IMG/VR virus record: IMGVR_UViG_3300050821_016057
Coordinates: 35,862 to 99,861 of that record
Strand: one strand, 5' to 3'
Origin: a virus
Length of the DNA stretch: 64,000 nt
Each line of letters opens with the position of its first letter. The first letter of the stretch is position 1. A program made the position numbers and the translations under genes. The notes beneath the pieces were generated by a model, which saw only the letters and a program-made list of their open reading frames with translations, was not told the origin of the DNA and ran no database searches. Shown here in pieces: positions 27,586 to 36,807 of the stretch.

Positions 27586-29223
27586 ATGGGCGAATACGTG
27601 CCGAACGAGGAGCAGCAGGCGGTCCACGACGACGTGGAGTCGGGCGAGGGCAACACGGTGGTGAGCGCGCGGGCCGGGGTGGGCAAGACCGCCACGATCA
27701 AGAGCGCGCTCCACCTGGTGGACACCGACCGGGAGTCGACCATCCTGGTGGCGTTTAGCTCGGACATACAAGTGGCGCTCTCGAGGGGACTGCCGCCGAA
27801 GGTGGAGTGCCGGACCCTGCACTCACTCGGGCTGGGCGCCTGCTACAAGGCGTTCGGGGGCTCGTTCAAGGGGGTGGACAAGGAGCGGGGGCTTCGGATC
27901 GCCCGGGAGGTGAGCGGGGCCGACCAGAGCCAGCGGGGGCGCGACTACGCGTGGTCGCTCAAGGAGGTGGTGTCGAGGTGCAAGGCCACCCTGTCCCGGA
28001 CGCCCGGCGACGTGGACGACGTGATCCGGCTGATGCTGCCCGACCACCCCGAGGACCCGTCCTGGGTGATGCAGTGCGCGACGTGCGACCGGCAGGAGCC
28101 GATGGTCAACGACGCGTACGCGCCGACGCCGGGTAGGGAAGTACTTCCCTACCCGGCGCCGTGCGGGCACGCGGGCTGTAAGGGGAGGATGTTCCGCGTG
28201 TGGCACGACCCCAGGCCGAAGTTCATCGAGCACGTGCTGGCGTGCCTGGAGCGGTCCACGTACGACATGCACCCGGCGGACGTGCCGGGCGAGCCGGAGG
28301 AGCGCGGGTTCCCGAGGTCGGCCGACTTCGATGACATGTGCTGGTTGCCGGTCGCAATGGGGTTGAAGATGAAGAAGTACACGAGGGTGTTCGTGGACGA
28401 GGCGCAGGACTTATCCAGTGGTCAGGTTCAATTGGTGATGGGGAGCCTGGCGAGGGGTGGGCGCATCTTCGCGGTTGGGGATCCTTTTCAGGGCATTTTC
28501 GCGTTCCGCGGCGCCGGCCGAGGGGTGCTCGAGCGGATGAAGCAAGAGATCCATGCCAAGGAGCTGAAGATGACCACCACGTACCGGTGCGGCCGGGCGA
28601 TCGTCCGGGAGGCGCAGAAGCTGGTGCCCGACTTCCAGGCGGCGCCCGGGCAGCACGAGGGGGAGGTGGAGGACTGGGTGCCGCCGGCCCGGATGGCCAG
28701 GGAGGCGAGGGCGGGCGACTTCATCCTGAGTCGGACCAACGCGCCGCTGATGCGCCTCTGCCTGGGCTTCCTGCGCGAGGGGCGGCGGGCCAACATCAAG
28801 GGGCGGGACATCGGCAAGAAGCTGTCCGCGCTGGTGCGCCGGTCGAAGGCCGAGACGGTCGAGCGGCTGGACGCTTGGGTGGCCGGGTGGGCGGCCAAGG
28901 AGTCGGAGCGGCTCCTGGCGAAGGGGGAGAGCGACGCGATCGTCCAGGACACGCGTGCGTGCCTGCAGGTGCTGATGGAGGGGATGGTGACCGTCGAGGT
29001 GGTCCAGCAGCAGATCGAGCGGATGTTCTCGGACGACGACGACCTGCAGCGGATCACGCTGTCGACCACCCACCGGGCCAAGGGGCTGGAGCGCGACCGG
29101 GTGTGGCTGCTCCGGGACACGTACATGCGTTTCAACCAGGGGGACGAGCAAGAGCGCAACTTGCTCTACGTCGGCATCACGAGGGCGATCCACAACCTCT
29201 ACCTGGTGCGGGGGGCGGCGTGA
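27586..29223 (+). CDS. UvrD/Rep-like SF1 helicase
   Basis: ARAGVGKT, VDEAQD, VGDPFQGIFAFRGA, TYRC, STTHRAKGLE, LYVGITRA. Confidence 0.93.
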   Translation: MGEYVPNEEQQAVHDDVESGEGNTVVSARAGVGKTATIKSALHLVDTDRESTILVAFSSDIQVALSRGLPPKVECRTLHSLGLGACYKAFGGSFKGVDKERGLRIAREVSGADQSQRGRDYAWSLKEVVSRCKATLSRTPGDVDDVIRLMLPDHPEDPSWVMQCATCDRQEPMVNDAYAPTPGREVLPYPAPCGHAGCKGRMFRVWHDPRPKFIEHVLACLERSTYDMHPADVPGEPEERGFPRSADFDDMCWLPVAMGLKMKKYTRVFVDEAQDLSSGQVQLVMGSLARGGRIFAVGDPFQGIFAFRGAGRGVLERMKQEIHAKELKMTTTYRCGRAIVREAQKLVPDFQAAPGQHEGEVEDWVPPARMAREARAGDFILSRTNAPLMRLCLGFLREGRRANIKGRDIGKKLSALVRRSKAETVERLDAWVAGWAAKESERLLAKGESDAIVQDTRACLQVLMEGMVTVEVVQQQIERMFSDDDDLQRITLSTTHRAKGLERDRVWLLRDTYMRFNQGDEQERNLLYVGITRAIHNLYLVRGAA

Positions 29224-29537
29224 TGCAGGACTTCAAGAAACCGCTGTCGGGCTCGGTCCAGCTGGGCGAGTTCAAGCTGAAGTTGCCGGAGATCAAGCTG
29301 CCGGACCCGCACGAGGCGGCCCGGCTGGCCGGGATGAAGGACGCGGACCTCGAGAAGTTGGAGGAGGAAGAGGAGGAGCGGGCCAAGGAGGAGGAGCAGA
29401 AGGAGGAGAAGACCGAGGAGGAGGTGCAGCAGGCGGCCGAGGCCCGGGCGGAGGCGCGGCGGCGGCGCAGGTGCATCTGCTTCTGCGGCGCGAGCGAGTG
29501 CCGGATCGGCCCGTTCACGAAGGTGGTGGACGAGTGA
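29223..29537 (+). CDS. Hypothetical Glu-rich protein with Cys-rich C-terminus
   Basis: TGATG coupling; CICFCGASEC. Confidence 0.6.
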   Translation: MQDFKKPLSGSVQLGEFKLKLPEIKLPDPHEAARLAGMKDADLEKLEEEEEERAKEEEQKEEKTEEEVQQAAEARAEARRRRRCICFCGASECRIGPFTKVVDE

Positions 29538-32089
29538 CGGCTGGCAAGATGAAGGGCGACTCGTTCGAGGGGGGCAACCCGTTCGAGGGGGGCAACCCGT
29601 ACGAGGCCGAGGCCCGGGCCACGATGGAGCGACTGCAGCTGCTGGCCGAGGCGGCGGGGCGCGGTCCCGCGAGCAAGCGGTGGGACCAGTTCAAGGAGGT
29701 GCTGCGGGCGGTCTTGTTCGCGATGAGCATCCCGGAGGCCGACCCGCCCACCCAATACGATGACCGGTTTGAGAACCTTCAGCAGGTGCTCCGGGAGGTC
29801 TACGGGGCGCAGTCGAGGGTGCCCTCGGCCGAGCTGAGCCGGGCGCTGGACGAGATCCGGTCCGAGCGACGGTCGATCGACCGGAACAACTTGGTGGTGG
29901 GGGCGGACGAGCCGATGCGGGTCGGCGCGCGGGTCGACGTCACCAAGCTCGCGATGGAGTATCTGAGCAGCATGACGGTGAGCGCGATGGACGCGCTCCA
30001 ACTCCAGCAGCCGCTGGGTCCCAATTTGAGCGGGATTTTGAGCGGGATGGAGAAGATAATGGGCGAGACGGTGAAGAGGCTCGACGCCAAGGTGGTCAGG
30101 CTGTTCGTGGACGGGCAGGAGGTGCCGATCACCGAGCAGGACATCGACATGTCGTTCGTCCGGGCGTCGCTGGGGGCGGGCGGGGGGATGAGTGTGCTCG
30201 ACCCGGAGAAGATGCTGAGCGAGATGACCCGGCAGTACGGGCTGCCGGCCGCGCAGGCGTTCAAGAAGTACTGCGCGGGCACGCTCCGGGGGGCGATCGT
30301 CCCCACCACCGCGCCGGTCGGTGACCCGCGCGACCAGCAGAAGATGCTGGAGCTGCAGGTGCAGGTGAGCAACCTGAAGGGCTCGGTGATCGAGGAGAGC
30401 CGGAATCGGCAGGACGCGCAGGAGAAGCTGCAGGCCGCGCAGGAGAAGCTGCAGGCCGCGCAGGAGAAGCTGCAGGAGTACGTCGCGGTGGTGACCCAGC
30501 TGCGCGCCAGCCCGCAGCCGCATGCGACGGTGCTGTCGGTCGGCCGGGAGACCGTGACCATCAACAGCGGGGGGCGGACGGTCGAGGTGGGGGTGCCGAA
30601 GTCGCTGAATGGTGCGGAGCCGCCCAAGCTGAGGGTCGGGGACGAGGTGGTGGTGCTGGCCGACACCCTGCAGATCATGGGGGTGGCCGAGACCCTGCGG
30701 GCCGGCCCGGTGCTGCCCGTGACGCGCGTGCTGGACGGGGGGACGTGCGAGGTCGACCAGCTGGGCCAGCAGCGCACGGTCGTGTTCGGGGAGGAGGTGG
30801 TGGGCCGGGTGGAGGAGGGGGACCGGGTGGTGCTCGACTTCTCGGCCAGCGTGGTGATCAGCAACCTGGGCAAGCCGGCGGACCAGAACGTGATGGGGGA
30901 GGCGACGGGCGTCTGCTGGGACGACATCGGCGGGCTCGAGCGGGCGAAGGTGGAGCTGCGCGAGGCCCTGGAGGCGCCGGTCCTGCACGCGGACCGGCTT
31001 TCCCGTTACGGCAAGCGGCCCAGCAAGGGGGCGCTGCTGTACGGCGGGCCCGGCCTGGGCAAGACCCTGCTGGCGAAGGCGGCCGCGACCGCGCTGGCCG
31101 AGCTGCACGCCCGGCAGGAGACGAGGTGCGCGCACTGCGGGGCCGACATGCTCGACCTGGTGGTCGAGATGGCCGAGGACCCGGAGAAGCCCAAGTCGAA
31201 GTGCGGGGAGCGGCGCACCCCGGACGGGTCGACCGAGCACGAGTGGGAGAAGGTGAGGGTGCCGACGCTGGGTGGGTTCTTCTCCGTGAAGGGGCCGGAG
31301 CTGCTGGATAAGTTCGTCGGCCAGACCGAGGCGAGCGTGCGCCGGTTGTTCGCCCAGGCGCGCGCGTACAAGAAGCGCACCGGCTACCCGGCGCTGATCT
31401 GCATCGACGAGGCCGAGGCCGTCCTGGGGCCGCGCGGGGGCGGGCAGAACACGACCCGCGGCTTCCTCAGCCAGACGGTGGTGCCGCAGTTCCTCAGCGA
31501 GATGGACGGGATGGAGGACTCGGGGGCGTTCGTGCTCCTGCTGACCAACCGACCGGCCAGCATCGACAGCGCGATCATCCGGGACGGGAGGATCGGCCGG
31601 AGGATCCGGGTGGGCCGGCCCACCGGCGAAGAGGCGGAGGCGATCGCGCGCCTGCACCTGCGGGGCAAGCCGCTGGCGTGCGGGCACGAGCACGCGGCCT
31701 CGTTCCTGGTCGGGGAGCTGTACGACCCCGGGCACGTCCTCTACCGGGTCCGGAGGCGGTCCTCGGTCGGGGCCGGGCAGGCGCTCACGCTGGGCCACAT
31801 GGCGAGCGGGGCGATGATCGCCGGGGTGGTGGACCGGGCGACGTCGGCGGCGATGCGGAGGTCGCTCGAGGACGAGGCGGCGGCCGAGCTGCTGGCGGGC
31901 GTGCGGGACGCGGAGGAGCGGGCGCGGGTCACGCTGGCCGACATCCGGGACGCGGTCCGCCAGGTGCTGGACGAGTCCCGGGACGTCAACCACGAGCAGG
32001 AGATCGCCGAGTTCACGGACGGGTGGGAGGACGAGGTGGTGGGGGTGACGCGCGAGCGGGCCCGGCACGCGGACGCGCGGGCGTCGTAG
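29534..32089 (+). CDS. ARC/Mpa-like (proteasomal-type) AAA+ ATPase
   Basis: Coiled coil + two OB-like segments; WDDIGGL, GGPGLGKTLLAKA, VKGPELLDKFVG, IDEAE, TVVPQFLSEMDG, TNRP, SGAMI..VVDRA. Confidence 0.85.
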   Translation: MTAGKMKGDSFEGGNPFEGGNPYEAEARATMERLQLLAEAAGRGPASKRWDQFKEVLRAVLFAMSIPEADPPTQYDDRFENLQQVLREVYGAQSRVPSAELSRALDEIRSERRSIDRNNLVVGADEPMRVGARVDVTKLAMEYLSSMTVSAMDALQLQQPLGPNLSGILSGMEKIMGETVKRLDAKVVRLFVDGQEVPITEQDIDMSFVRASLGAGGGMSVLDPEKMLSEMTRQYGLPAAQAFKKYCAGTLRGAIVPTTAPVGDPRDQQKMLELQVQVSNLKGSVIEESRNRQDAQEKLQAAQEKLQAAQEKLQEYVAVVTQLRASPQPHATVLSVGRETVTINSGGRTVEVGVPKSLNGAEPPKLRVGDEVVVLADTLQIMGVAETLRAGPVLPVTRVLDGGTCEVDQLGQQRTVVFGEEVVGRVEEGDRVVLDFSASVVISNLGKPADQNVMGEATGVCWDDIGGLERAKVELREALEAPVLHADRLSRYGKRPSKGALLYGGPGLGKTLLAKAAATALAELHARQETRCAHCGADMLDLVVEMAEDPEKPKSKCGERRTPDGSTEHEWEKVRVPTLGGFFSVKGPELLDKFVGQTEASVRRLFAQARAYKKRTGYPALICIDEAEAVLGPRGGGQNTTRGFLSQTVVPQFLSEMDGMEDSGAFVLLLTNRPASIDSAIIRDGRIGRRIRVGRPTGEEAEAIARLHLRGKPLACGHEHAASFLVGELYDPGHVLYRVRRRSSVGAGQALTLGHMASGAMIAGVVDRATSAAMRRSLEDEAAAELLAGVRDAEERARVTLADIRDAVRQVLDESRDVNHEQEIAEFTDGWEDEVVGVTRERARHADARAS
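30418..30477 (+). repeat. 21-nt in-frame tandem repeat (QEKLQAA, ~3 units)
   Basis: GCAGGAGAAGCTGCAGGCCGC units. Confidence 0.85.
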
Positions 32090-32091
32090 GA

Positions 32092-32109
32092 CCCAAACCC
32101 GGGTTTGGG
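32092..32109. repeat. 18-bp palindrome copy 8
   Basis: Exact match after the stop codon. Confidence 0.95.
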
Positions 32110-32303
32110 TGGCGGGAGGTGAAGGTGGGATACCGGGCAAAGTGCAGTCGGCGCAGGTGGTTGAATGAATTGGTCTGCGTGGCGATCGGTGGCGGTGGGA
32201 GGCTTGCCCGCTCGATGGAGGATGGGTTGTACGTTCCTCGGTGGTTCTGGTTGAGTCTGGCCCGGAAGAAGCGCCCGCCCCGAGCGGCGGGTCTGGAGGC
32301 GCG

Positions 32304-32555
32304 ATGGTGACCTTGAGGGAGATGGCCAAGATGGAGCGCGGCAATGCTTGCGCGATGATTAGGGTGGTGATGACGGGGGGTCGGCTGCGTTACGCCAGGA
32401 AGGCGCTCGGCCTCACCCAGGTGCGGCTGGGGGAGCTGCTCGGGTACGCGGGCGAGACCGTGTCCAGGTGGGAGAACGACCAGGCCGAAGTACCACCGGT
32501 GGTCAGACTGGCGATGATCGGGCTCCTGACCTACCCGCCCCTGGGCGCGGCATAA
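32304..32555 (+). CDS. XRE-family HTH regulator
   Basis: LRYARKALGLTQVRLGELLGYAGETVSRWEN. Confidence 0.85.
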   Translation: MVTLREMAKMERGNACAMIRVVMTGGRLRYARKALGLTQVRLGELLGYAGETVSRWENDQAEVPPVVRLAMIGLLTYPPLGAA

Positions 32556-32556
32556 G
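32547..32556 (+). promoter_or_regulatory. GCGGCATAAG motif upstream of thyX
   Basis: Exact motif. Confidence 0.7.
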
Positions 32557-32573
32557 GGGTCTGGAGGCCGACG

Positions 32574-33452
32574 ATGGGATACGACGCGAAGATAGTTGCC
32601 GACTCGGTGGGGCCGAACGGGGCCCGGGTGACCACGTTCGAGCTGACGATGCCGCGCATCGTGCTGGCCGAGCACAACACGCACCGGATGTTCTCCCGCA
32701 ACGCGGCGAGCAGCCGGGCCATCCCGGTCGAGAAGCTGCTCGGGCGGGTCGAGGAGGACCCGATGCTGCCCGCGTTCTGGGGCAAGAACCAGTCGGGCAT
32801 GCAGGCCGCGGAGGAGCTTCAGGGTGACGAGCGGGAGGACGCGTGCCACCTTTGGCTCGTGGGGCGGGACCGGGCGCTGGACCTGGCTAGGACTCTGGCG
32901 AAGATCGGCCTGCACAAGCAGATCGCCAACCGGGTGGTGGAACCGTGGATGTTCACCACCGTGGTCTGCACCGCCACCGAGTGGGACAACGCGTGGGCGC
33001 TGCGCGTCGACCCGATGGCCCAGCCCGAGTACGAGCGGACGATGCGGATGGCGTACGACGCCTACCGGGCGAGTGAGCCCCGCGTTCTCGCGATGGGTGA
33101 GTGGCACCTCCCGTACGTGTCGTTCGACGACGAGATCGGGAAGTGGAACGAGCGAGAACTATGCATGATTAGCGCGGGTAGGTGCGCGGCCGTTACGTAC
33201 TTGAACCAGGGGCAGGCGGACGCGGTCGGGGACCTAGCCCGGGCGGCTAAGATTTTGAAGAGCGGGCACATGAGCCCGTTCGAACACCAGTGTCGAGCGA
33301 TGACGGAAAGTGAGTGGAACCGGTATGCACGTGAAGCGGCAGAGGCGTGGGTGGCCGACAGGGTGCCGGTCGGCAACATCTGGGGGTTCCACCAGTTCCG
33401 CAAGGAGCTGGCGAACGAGCACAACTACCAGCTGATCAAGGGGGCGCGGTGA
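32574..33452 (+). CDS. thyX: FAD-dependent thymidylate synthase
   Basis: EHNTHRMFSRNAASSRAIP, HKQIANR, AQPE, HMSPFEHQ. Confidence 0.9.
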   Translation: MGYDAKIVADSVGPNGARVTTFELTMPRIVLAEHNTHRMFSRNAASSRAIPVEKLLGRVEEDPMLPAFWGKNQSGMQAAEELQGDEREDACHLWLVGRDRALDLARTLAKIGLHKQIANRVVEPWMFTTVVCTATEWDNAWALRVDPMAQPEYERTMRMAYDAYRASEPRVLAMGEWHLPYVSFDDEIGKWNERELCMISAGRCAAVTYLNQGQADAVGDLARAAKILKSGHMSPFEHQCRAMTESEWNRYAREAAEAWVADRVPVGNIWGFHQFRKELANEHNYQLIKGAR

Positions 33453-34310
33453 CGGACCCGCTGCTCGACCTGCCCGGGTGCCAGCCCCCGCCCGCGGTGC
33501 GCGAGTGGGAGGCCGAGGGGTGGACGGCGCACGCCTGCTGGTGGGAGCCGGACGGGCTGCGCGGGCACGCGCTGCTCGAGCGGGGCGGGCAGTGGGCGGT
33601 GGGTCGTTGGCTGCCCGGGTGGAGGAGCGTGGCCCGGATGAGCGAGCGGGACTGCCGGGAGCACCTGCGCGGGCAGGAGCCGGCGCTTGTGCCTCAGCCG
33701 TGAAGTTGTTGAGCAAGGCGGAGGTGTACGGGCTGGAGGACGGTGAGCTTTGCCGGGTGTTGATGATGTTTCAAGCGAGCCCGGCCGCCGCAAGCATCCT
33801 CGCCACCCCGTGGGAGCGCCGGTTCGCCGAGGGGGTGGCCGATTATTACGTGCGCAAGGGCGGGCTGACTTGGCAACAGCGGAGGGCTGCCCGAGGTATC
33901 GTCTGCAAGTTCGTGGAAGAGCAGGCCCGCCGGGCCGAGGTGCAGGTTCCGGTGTGCGCCCCCGAGAAGGTCACGCGACGTGATTCAGATCACGAGGACG
34001 ATTGAAGGAGGTCGAGATGGGCGGCAAGGGATCGGGCAGGAGGAAGGTGGCCGGGCTGTCGGAGGCGCGCGAGCAGTTCATCGGGACGCTGGACCGGCTG
34101 TCGGACGCGGCGGTCGGCTGGGTGGTCGCCCAGAGGAGCGCGCAGTCCCTCTCCACCAACCCCGCCGAGATCTCGCTCAAGAGGGCGGCGGCCGAGCACG
34201 CGGGGGCGAGGAGGGCGTTGGAGCGCCTGACGGGCGAGCGGGACCGGGAGCTGAAGGCGATCTTCGAGGGACCCGGCTACCAGGTGTCGGAGCCACCGCT
34301 CAAGCCGTGA
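33449..34310 (+). other. Three hypothetical CDS (33449-33703, 33700-34005, 34017-34310)
   Basis: Coupled starts/stops; GGAGG RBS. Confidence 0.55.
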
Positions 34311-34681
34311 AGGCCGCGGTCGCGCTGATCCGCCGGGGGCCGAAGGTGCTGGTCTGCTGGAACCGGTCGGTGCCGGGCGGGGGTTGGAGCTTGCCGGGCG
34401 GCAAGGTGGAGCCGGGCGAGCAGATCCAGGACGCGCTCTCCCGGGAGCTGATGGAGGAGGTGGGGCTCCGGGTGGCGAGGGCCGAGCTCATCTACCACGC
34501 GCCCGGCAGCGTCGACCCGACGTGCGAGGTGTTCTGCTTCGCCGTGCAGGCGGACGGGGCCCCGCGGGCGGTGGAGGAGGGGTGCCCGATCGATTGGATG
34601 TCGCTGGACCGGCTGATCGAGGGCTCGCCGTTTGGCCCCTACTACGCGGGGATGCTACACCACCTGGAGGGGTACCGATGA
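34307..34681 (+). CDS. Nudix hydrolase
   Basis: Nudix box GGKVEPGEQIQDALSRELMEEVGL. Confidence 0.9.
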   Translation: MKAAVALIRRGPKVLVCWNRSVPGGGWSLPGGKVEPGEQIQDALSRELMEEVGLRVARAELIYHAPGSVDPTCEVFCFAVQADGAPRAVEEGCPIDWMSLDRLIEGSPFGPYYAGMLHHLEGYR

Positions 34682-34746
34682 CGACCAGCCGAGTGGATCA
34701 CGGACATCGGAGCAACACAGTAACCTACATCCAAAGGAGAAACGTC

Positions 34747-35019
34747 ATGAGCTGGAGCATTTCAACCGCAAGCAAGAACAAGGAAGAGACCCTCAAGGAG
34801 ATCCGCTCGCAAGCCGTTACCGCGAGCGCGAACTACAAGCCTGGCACGCCGGAGGGCGACGACATCGTGGCCGCCGTGGCGCGGGTCGAGGCGCTCGTCG
34901 CCGCTCTCGTATCGTCCGACAACGTCAATGTCTCTGTCTCTGCGTACGGGTCTCACTCGAGGACGGACGCCGGGATCACCAACGCGAGCTTCAGTGTGAG
35001 CGTCGGCGTCGCGAGCTGA
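34747..35019 (+). CDS. Hypothetical protein (lower GC)
   Basis: AAGGAG RBS. Confidence 0.65.
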   Translation: MSWSISTASKNKEETLKEIRSQAVTASANYKPGTPEGDDIVAAVARVEALVAALVSSDNVNVSVSAYGSHSRTDAGITNASFSVSVGVAS

Positions 35020-35127
35020 CAGTGACCCTCCGCCTCCTCCCCGCCCTCATATTTGAGGTTTGCACCTGATGGCGGAGGTGCTGAGGGGGGCGGGTGAGGA
35101 GGTGGCTTGGGGGGCGCCCGCGTTCAA

Positions 35128-35385
35128 GTGAGCAAGTCGAGGCGGGCCAGGAACCGGCAGCGCGAGTGGTGGGCGAGGCACCGGGAGTGGGAGAGGTGGA
35201 AGAGGCGCCCGGTGGTCGCGCCGCCCGACCCCGGGCCGGTCGAGGACGGGCAACCCTGGTGACCCTGGTGGGTGTGGCTGGTCGTCGTCCCGCTGGTCCC
35301 GCTGGTCCCGCCGCTGCTCGTCGCGGCGTGGGCTTGGTGGGCGACCAGGAGGGTGAGGAGATGGCTGACGCGCGAAGGCGGGTAG
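35128..35385 (+). pseudogene. Trp-rich membrane protein gene interrupted by in-frame TGA
   Basis: 9-bp tandem duplication ACCCTGGTG (35253-35270) creates TGA at 35260. Confidence 0.5.
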
Positions 35386-35407
35386 TCGAATAGATCGCGC
35401 GGGCGCT

Positions 35408-35437
35408 TTGACCGGGCGGCCGGCTGCTTGGTACAAG
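35408..35437 (+). promoter_or_regulatory. Promoter TTGACC-N18-TACAAG with extended -10; leaderless ATG 35445
   Basis: 7 nt from -10 to ATG. Confidence 0.55.
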
Positions 35438-35444
35438 TGGGGGT

Positions 35445-36065
35445 ATGGCGCCAGGTAAGAAACAGGCCGCGCGGGCAAAAGCGCTGGCCAAAGCGGGCTT
35501 GAAACCAGCCACCCGGTCACCGTCCCGGGTGGGTGGTGGTGGCAGCGGGGTGGTGTGGTCGAGAACCGAGACCGAGGAGCAGCTGCAGGCAGTCGAGCAG
35601 CTGCTGCGGTCGATGGTGAGCCCGCGGGACATCGAGCAGGTCCTGCGGAAGAAGTTCGGCCCGGTCGGCCGCATCCGGACGATGCGCCTGATCGCGCGCA
35701 CGTACGAGCGCTGGCGGGAAGACGACAAGAACGCGGTCCCGCACCAGAAGGCCGCGCAGTCGCGCCGCATCGCCCAGTACCTGCAGCAGGCCCGGGGGGT
35801 GTTCGAGAACGGCCGGTGGACGGTCAAGCCGGACTGGAAGGCGGTCGCGATGTTCGAGAACATCCTGGCGGACGTGCAGGGGACGCGCGCCCCCATCGAG
35901 GTGAACGTGGACGCGCGGGTCAGCCAGTCGCTCCAGGCGATCATCGCGAGCATGACGCCCGAGCAGATGGCCGAGCGGCTGGCGGTGGTGCGCCAGCGGC
36001 GCGAGCTGGCCGAGCAGGCCAGGCGACCGCCCGAGCCACCCGAGCCGCCGGTCACCGTCCAGTGA
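35445..36065 (+). CDS. Putative terminase small subunit
   Basis: Helical, basic N-terminus; GTRAPIEVNVD; upstream of TerL. Confidence 0.6.
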   Translation: MAPGKKQAARAKALAKAGLKPATRSPSRVGGGGSGVVWSRTETEEQLQAVEQLLRSMVSPRDIEQVLRKKFGPVGRIRTMRLIARTYERWREDDKNAVPHQKAAQSRRIAQYLQQARGVFENGRWTVKPDWKAVAMFENILADVQGTRAPIEVNVDARVSQSLQAIIASMTPEQMAERLAVVRQRRELAEQARRPPEPPEPPVTVQ

Positions 36066-36807
36066 CCCACTGCTCGCACCGGCAGAACCCGATCGCGTGC
36101 CTGGAGTGCTGGAAGGCGTGCCCGGTCGGGCCCGACCCCAGGCCGGAGGCCCAGACGGGCACGCAGGTCGCGCACGCGCCGTGCGGCTGCCGGCTGAGCG
36201 TGAGCTACTCGACCGGCGAGGTGATCAGCTGGCACCCGTGCCAGGCCGGGCACGACCCGCCCGAGCGGGACGGCAGGAGCCGGGCGCCCCGGGAGCGGGT
36301 CACCGCCCAGCGGTTCTGGGCCTCGGTGCGCGACCTGCCCAGCCTGGTGCTCCACTCGCTGGCCGAGCGGGCCGAGTGCGACGACGAGCGGTGCCGGGAG
36401 GCGGCCCGGCGGGTCGACCGGGCCCGGGCCCGGCGGGGACCCAAACCCGGGTTTGGGAGGGAGGGGTGAGCGGGGCGGCCGAAGGAGCCCGCGTGCTGGC
36501 GGGGGAGGTCCGTGGCCTGCTGGAGCAGCTATGTTCCCAACCCCACTGGGCGAGGGTGACGATTCTCAGGTTGCTGGAGACCGTCGAGTCGATGGCCGCG
36601 AAGGACGAAGGAGTGATGATGGAGATTGAGGACGCGAACGGTAAGCCGAGGTCTCGGGAGGATATCGAGGCGGCGCTCAAATACGTGGTTGCCGAGATGA
36701 TCGTCAACCCTATGAGGATGGGTGCCAGTGACACTGGGCCGGCCGTCCTCCACTACATGGTGATCCGGGAGCTGCTCTTGGCCGAGTTGGGTAGAAGGTC
36801 CGAGTGA
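36062..36807 (+). other. Two hypothetical CDS (36062-36469, 36466-36807)
   Basis: GTGA coupling. Confidence 0.55.
36440..36457. repeat. 18-bp palindrome copy 9
   Basis: Exact match at the gene 3' end. Confidence 0.95.

Noticed and set aside
29562-29606. 18-nt tandem repeat (FEGGNP) as a regulatory element
   Set aside because: It is an in-frame low-complexity repeat in the ATPase N-terminus.
35260-35262. TGA recoding (Trp or Sec) as an alternative genetic code
   Set aside because: TGA is the commonest true stop here, with many ATGA/GTGA overlaps; this one case is explained by a 9-bp duplication.
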